A stretch of 64,000 nt of DNA from the human T2T-CHM13v2.0 reference genome, Homo sapiens. Below the pieces are notes generated by a model. The model searched no databases, was not told the DNA's origin, and saw only the letters and a program-made list of their open reading frames with translations. Shown here piece after piece: positions 57,717-64,000 of this stretch. The stretch's first letter is position 1. Each line of letters starts with the position of its first letter. The translations under genes were made by a program, and so were the position numbers. The stretch is taken from NCBI RefSeq assembly GCF_009914755.1, contig NC_060938.1; one strand, 5' to 3'.

Positions 57717-59563
57717 ATAGCCTCTAAGAATTCAAGTGAAAGAAAATGTCTCACATCTCTCACTTTAAATCAAAACCTAGAAATGATTAATCTTAGTGAG
57801 GAAGGAATGTAGAAAGCCAAAAAAGGCGGAAAACTGGGCCTCTTGTGCCAATCAGCCAACTGGTGAATGGAAAGAAAAAGTTCTTGAAAGAAAATCAATA
57901 TGCTATTACAATGAACATATGGATAATAAGAAAGCAAAAAAAAAAAAAAACCTTTTTGCTGACATGAAGAAAGTTTTAGTGGTTGAATAGAAGATCAAAT
58001 CACCCACAATATTTTCTTAAGCCAAATGCTAACCCAAAGTAAGGCCCTAACTCTCACTAATTCTACGAAGATTGAGAGAGGTAAGAAAGATGCAGAGAAA
58101 AAAGTTGGAAAACAGCAGAGGTTGATTCATAGTTTATGGAAAGAGGCCATCTCCATTACACTGAAGTGCAAGGTGAATCAGCAAGTGCTAATGTAGAAGC
58201 TGCAGCAAGTTATCCAGCAGATCTAGCTAAAATCACTGATGAAGGTTGCTATGCTAAACAACTAATTTTCAGTGTAGATGAAACAGCCTTATATTGGAAG
58301 AAGATGGCATCCAGGACTTTTCTAGCCAGAGAGGATAAGTCAATGCCTAGCTTCAAAGCTTCAAAGGACAGGGTGACCCTCTTCTGTGGGACTAATGCAG
58401 CTGGTGACTTTAAGTTGAAGCCAATGCCCATTCAACTTTTTTTTTTTTTTTTGAAACAGAGTCCCTCTCTGTCACCCAGGCTGGAGTACAGTGGCTCTGT
58501 ATCGGCCCACTGCAACCTCTGCCTCCCGGGTTCAAGCAATTCTCTGCCTCAGCCTCCCGAGTAGCTGGGATTACAGGAGATCGCCACCATGCCAGGCTAA
58601 TTTTTGTATTTTTAGTAGAGACAGGGTTTCACCATCTTGGCCAGGCTGGTTTTGAACTCCTAATCTCATGATCCACCCGCCTCAGCTTCCCAAAGTGCTG
58701 GGATTATAGGTGTGAGCCACTGTGCCCAGCCCATTTACCATTCTAAAAATCCTAGATCTCTTAAGAATTGTGCTCAATATGCCTTGTGGGTGTTCTGTAA
58801 ACAGAACAATGAAGACTACATGACAGTACATCTGCTTACAGCTTGGTTTACTGAATACTTTAGACCCACTGAAGACCTAGTGCTCAAAAGCGAAGGTTTC
58901 TTCCTGAATATCACTGCTCATTGACCATACACCTAATCACCCAAAACCTCTGATGGAGATGTACAAAGAGATTAACGTACAATATCCATTCTGCAGCCCA
59001 TAGACCAGAGTAATTTTGACTTTCAGGTCTCATTATTTAAGAAATACTTTTCATAAGGCTATAGCTGACATAAACAGTGATTCCTCAGCTAGATCTGAGC
59101 AAAGTCAATTGAAAGCCTTCTGGAAAGCATTTGCCATTCTAGATGACATTAAGAACATTCATGATTCATGGAAGAAGGTCAAAATATCAACCAGGAGTTG
59201 GGAAGAAGTTGATTCCAACCTTCATGGATGACTTGGAGGGGTTTTAGACTTCAGTGGAGGAAGTAACTGCAGATGTGGTAGAAACAGTAAAATAACTAGA
59301 ATTAGAAGTGGATCCTATAGATGCGAATGAATTGTTGCAATCTCATGATCAAACGAATCAATTAGGAGTTGCTTCTTGTGAATGAGAAAAATAACTGGTT
59401 CCTTGAAATAGAATCTATGCCTGGTAAAGATGCTGTGAAAATTGTTGAAATGACACCAAAGGATTTAGAATATTACATAGGCTTATTTGATAAATCAGAG
59501 GCAGGGTTGAAAGAGATTGACTTTAATTTTAAAAGATATTCTTCTGTGGGTAAAATGCCATGA
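57717..59563 (+). pseudogene. Decayed Tigger1 pogo-family (CENP-B/DDE) transposase
   Basis: ORF 58136-58564 contains [19 protein letters not shown]...KASKDRVTL...[10 protein letters not shown]; multiple stops and frameshifts, plus an Alu insertion. Confidence 0.9.
58437..58731 (-). mobile_element. AluS (Sg-like) inside Tigger1
   Basis: Full antisense dimer. Confidence 0.93.
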
Positions 59564-61218
59564 AAGAATATCACATGCTACTGAGAAATTTTCTGTAAAA
59601 GTAAGAGTCAATCAATACAGCAAACCTCACTGTTGATGTTTACTTACAAACTGTCACAGCACCCAAACATCAGCAACCACCAACTGGATCAGTCAGCCTC
59701 CATCAACATAGAGGCAAAAACTCTAAAGCCAGTAAAGAGAGTATGACTTGTTGAGGGCTCAGATTATGATTGGCACTCTTTAGCAATAAAGTAATTTTTA
59801 ATTTTTAATTAAGGTATATACTTTTTTTTTTTTTGTCACCAGGCCATTGCATACTTTATAGACTACAGTGTAGTTTAAATATAACTTTTATGGACTGGCA
59901 AACCAAAAATTACACAACTCACTTTATTGTGGTATTTGCTTTATTGCCGTGATCTTAAACTAAACCTGTGGTATCTCCAAGGTATGCTTGTACTTGCATT
60001 GTGTAAATAAGAAAAAAAAAAAAAAGGCCTTTGGAGAAGACATCAAAATCCATTCAACTCTGGCTATTAGTATTTTTTATATTAGTCCGTGAAGATTTTT
60101 GCCCCAATAAAGAGGGCCTCTCTATTTCTTTCTGGGAATATTTATTTTTAAAAAGGTGATTCACTTTGGAATTTCTATTACTTGAAGTTGGAAGCCTTTG
60201 TATGAGTTTTCTTTCTTTTTCCTCTGTGTCTGCAGCTCCCTGTTTGTTTAATCACAATATGTTTTGTTTAATATTTCAGTGCTGTTTATCAGGACACCCT
60301 AATTTGATTGTTTTCTTTTGTATTTGTCTTCACCAGGTGTTTCTTGACTACAGCACATTTCCCACATGATAAAATTAAAGGTCTAATTAATGCCTTTAAG
60401 AACACTGGTGCACAATTCAACACCTAATTTTCTGCAGGGGGCATATTTAGGTGTTTAACTAGGTGGAACTTGGTGCCAAAGATTTCATTTGCATACAAAG
60501 CCTCTCTTATTTTCTTGTAAACACTCTTCAATACACAAAGAATGCATTCACTTGGTATGCACTTTTCCAGCAAGTAGAAGAATACAGCAAATAAATATAT
60601 CTAAGCCACATTTCATCAGAGCAGAAACAAAAATCCTATTAGATGAGATGTTGAAATATGAGGTCCATTTCTTTGGAACAGTGAGCATAATACCCAGCAT
60701 TTGAAAATAATTGGGGAGAGGGACTGGGGCTGCAAAAGCACTGCATAAAAAAAAAAATGCTTTGAAAAATCACATCTGAGATGTAGAGGATCTTAAGAAA
60801 AATATGGCATCACATCAAGCACAAAACGAAAAGCTAAATCACCACCTGGCAGTGGTGGGCATAGAGCTGGCCAGGAAGCAAAACTCATTCATCTATCTTA
60901 TGACTACAAGGACTGGGAAAGGGACCATCTATATAAAGGCTGGGACAATGTTTCTAATTTTATTTCATTTTATTTACTTTCAATCTAGTTTGAAACAGAA
61001 ATGTGACAGATGTGTTAGATCATATTACTAATAAAATGTTTGCTTATCAGGATATTAAATTTATTAAAAATTGCATTTCATTGCAGTGTCTTCAAAGACA
61101 TGATTTATTAGAGACAGATCAAATTTTGGCCTGATTTCTACTTCTCTACAAAATTATAATCTTTATCAGCACCTTACTTTTGACATGAACAACAGATATT
61201 TTCTCAACATTCCCAAAA

Positions 61219-61804
61219 TGTTGTATCAAAGCAAAAACTGCCCTCCACAAGGTTAAAAAAAAAAACCAAAAAAACAAAAAAAACAAAGATTTTATTCAAG
61301 GATGTTATGATAGGAGACTGAGGCCAGAATTCTTTCTGAATTCAACTGCACTAAAACAAAAGGCTGGAGGGTTTTTCAAGAGATGGGGTGGGGGGATTAT
61401 AGGCTCTCTGTGTTTGCTAATTGGCTTTACTCAGAGTAAAAGTAAACTTTCTTATATTTTCGTGAAAGGAAGTAGTTTTACAACTTGGAGCAAGGCACTT
61501 CACTGAAATCAGGCACTTATCCTTCCATAGAAAGTGAGAAACAAAGACCTTGTCTTCCTGAATGTTTACATTTTAATGGGTTGGTTCACAAGTTCTCAAG
61601 AAAGACTTCCCTAGTGGTAAATGTGGCCAGAGGCTTTTTAAAGTTTTACATCTGAAAGGGGCAGAGAAACAATTTGCAATTATATGCTTTCTCCAGGAGA
61701 TGCTCTAAGTAAAAGGAAGTTAGGGTCCTAGAGGCAGGAAAACTACCTGTCTGAAGTTTGAAGTTTCTTGAAGTTAAAGGAAACTCTAAGATCCTCTTTG
61801 GTCA
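61219..61804 (-). mobile_element. ERV1 LTR, MER67/MER31 family
   Basis: tctgtgtttgctaattggc; tttacatctgaaaggggcagagaaa; tgctctaag...aaaagg; ends ...ttggtca. Confidence 0.7.
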
Positions 61805-61938
61805 TTAGGCAAATATAACTTTTGAAGAAATCAGCAGGCCAACCTCTTCAATTCTATTATTGTTAATATATACCACCTAAATAGAAATTCTAGGGTCCCC
61901 GTGTTTTAATCTTCATTGTTAGATTAACAATTTCCTCT

Positions 61939-62094
61939 AGCTGGGTGTGGCAGCTCACACCTATAATCCCAGCTCTTAGGGAGGCAGAGGGGGGAGGATA
62001 GCCTGAGCCTAGGAGTTCGAGACCTGCCTGGCAATATAGTTAGATCCCATTCTCCACAAAAAGGAAAAAAAAAAGACAAAAAAATAAGTGTAAC
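61939..62094 (+). pseudogene. BC200 (BCYRN1) RNA retropseudogene
   Basis: BC200-specific Alu variants (cccagctcttagggagg, gaggatagc, gagacctgcctgg, caatatag, ttctcca), the A-rich domain aaaaaggaaaaaaaaaagacaaaaaaa and the start of the unique domain taagtgtaac; 16-bp TSD taacaatttcctctag at 61925-61940 and 62091-62106. Confidence 0.9.
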
Positions 62095-62361
62095 AATTTC
62101 CTCTAGTATGTTCATCCATAGTCATTTACTGTGTAATATTATGTAAGTATTACATTGGATTGAGTAAGGGAGATATTGAAATAGAAATCAAATATTAAAC
62201 TGGAAATCATAGTAACAGAATAATTAAGTAATGTGAATCATAGTATTTCATCCTCTTACTTTCCCTTTACATCACATTAGCCTGGGAGCTTCTCAGAAAC
62301 CTTATGGTTCAGAGGATCACACAATGAGGAAATGTCAGCTTCAAATTTTATCTCTAATGCA

Positions 62362-62522
62362 GGACTGGTAACACAAATTTTGGGGCCCTGTGCAAAAACA
62401 AATGTGACCCCTTGTTCAAATATTATTTAGAATTTTAAGCTAGCAACAATGGAGCGTTGAACTAAGAATGAGGCTCTTCTGCACAAAAACAATGCAAGTT
62501 TTATGGGCATAAAGTTGGTCTT
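62362..62522 (-). mobile_element. MER45A (hAT-Tip100)
   Basis: caggactggtaacacaaattttggggccc...ccccttgttcaaa...agaatttt. Confidence 0.7.
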
Positions 62523-62563
62523 TCTCAAGTGCTAATTTTCCCTTAAGAATATTTGTATAATCC

Positions 62564-63209
62564 TGTTGGGGTTCTGAAAATGATATCTTATATGATACTT
62601 TGGCATGCTGAACACTTTAAACTAAAATAGCAAGGCTTTAAAAGCTGTCTCAGAATCAAAGACTTTCAAATCTCTTGTTTCTCCTTCCCCACCCCACATC
62701 ACTCCTTCAAGCACAAAGGGACTCCTGGAATTTTCTTATCTGACTAAAAAATTTTATTCTAAAAAAATGCAATTGTCTTAAGGTCCTCTCCCTAAGAATC
62801 TCATCAAATAACCAAGAAAGATTAACCGCTGATGAAGAGACTAAAAGTTTGTCACCACCCACAGACAGACTTTCCATCTATTCTTCTGAGGGCAACTCTG
62901 AGAGATTACCTGGGAGACTTTATTTGCCTAATAAGACAATCTCCTTTGTTCACAGGGAAGTTCTGTCCCTCACCTACTTGCTGCCTCCCCCGGAGCTCAG
63001 GGGAATTTTGTCCCAGGCCATAGCTCATGGGGCTTCTTCATTTCTCCTGAAAGTCATTTACTACCCCTTATAATTACCGATATCCATCCCCCCGAAAAAT
63101 CTTTCCTCTCCTCTATAAAGAAGGGATTTAAACCTCAACCATCTGGCACTTCTTTATATTTACATTACATATATTGAGACTGATATGTGTGAGACTCCTG
63201 TGTTCATAT
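62564..63209 (+). mobile_element. MER39/MER34-family ERV1 LTR, interrupted by LTR8
   Basis: tgttggggttctgaaaa...ttggcatgctgaacacttt...ctgagagattacctgggagactttat. Confidence 0.75.
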
Positions 63210-63679
63210 CGGAACTGCCACTGCAAAATTATAACTGAGACAGTGAAAGAAATCTGACCTAACCAACTCCATCTTGCTTCTAACTTCCAAGCTGTCCCTG
63301 TTCATTCCTGGGCATAGGCTGAACTAACCTTGGGAGAAACTTAGTTTATAGTTTAGAACAAAGACAATAAGAGCCCTTTTCCAAAACAAACCCCCTTCTT
63401 GCGTGGGGACTGGACTGCCTTTGTAGGACTAACAAATTAGCCAAAAGATTAGAAATGATGGTTTAGGAGTCATGGAGCTAGAGGTTACAAGATTCTGACC
63501 CCGCCAAAATTGTTCCTGGGGATAACATCACTATCGTAAATCCTAAGATCGGTGCTTGAGATATTTTGCAGACCCTGCACTGGATGGATCAGCTGGCACC
63601 ACACAAATTGATAAACTGGCTCATTTGACCTGTGGCCCACACCCAGGAACTGACTCAGTACAAGACAGCTTTGACTACC

Positions 63680-63684
<5 letters not shown>
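63210..63684 (+). mobile_element. LTR8 (ERV1), interrupted by an Alu
   Basis: tgcaaaattataactgag...aaccaactccatcttgcttctaac...gagatattttgcagaccctgcac...acccaggaactgactcag. Confidence 0.9.

Positions 63685-64000
<316 letters not shown>

Larger units (their letters stand above)
57290..59990 (+). mobile_element. Near full-length Tigger1 DNA transposon
   Basis: Both TIRs with TA (ta|aaggcacacttc ... ccaaggtatgcttg|ta); about 2.4 kb after removing the Alu. Confidence 0.95.

Noticed and set aside
57717-59563. Domesticated TIGD-like transposase gene
   Set aside because: The frame is broken by stops, frameshifts and an Alu; it is an ordinary decayed Tigger1.

Overview
AT-rich, CpG-poor primate (most likely hominoid) genomic DNA, intergenic or deep intronic. 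Over half of it is recognisable interspersed repeat: Alu/FLAM, L1 of several ages, L2, MIR, HAL1, MaLR/ERV LTRs, Tigger1, Tigger3, MER5, MER45 and MADE1. I find no cellular protein-coding exon, rRNA, tRNA or CRISPR array. The only protein-like ORFs are an L1 ORF2 fragment and a decayed Tigger1 transposase. Repeat family names come from my recall of consensus sequences, so subfamily calls and the boundaries of old elements are approximate. The structure that repeats do not explain is a set of locally templated insertions. (i) A composite insert of about 377 bp at 20140-20516 consists of an inverted copy of 21285-21598 (about 88% identical) joined to a direct copy of 19286-19351, giving a non-Alu inverted repeat of about 313 bp. 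(ii) A 130-bp copy of 36031-36160 sits inside an MLT1B LTR. (iii) A small direct-plus-inverted patchwork lies at 5625-5723. Also notable are a tailless BC200 (BCYRN1) retrocopy with a 16-bp TSD, a twin-primed L1PA, a TSD-flanked 10-bp micro-insertion, two half-MADE1 elements in inverted orientation 5.1 kb apart, and nested LTR/L1 stacks. I cannot support a claim of a new multi-gene biological system.
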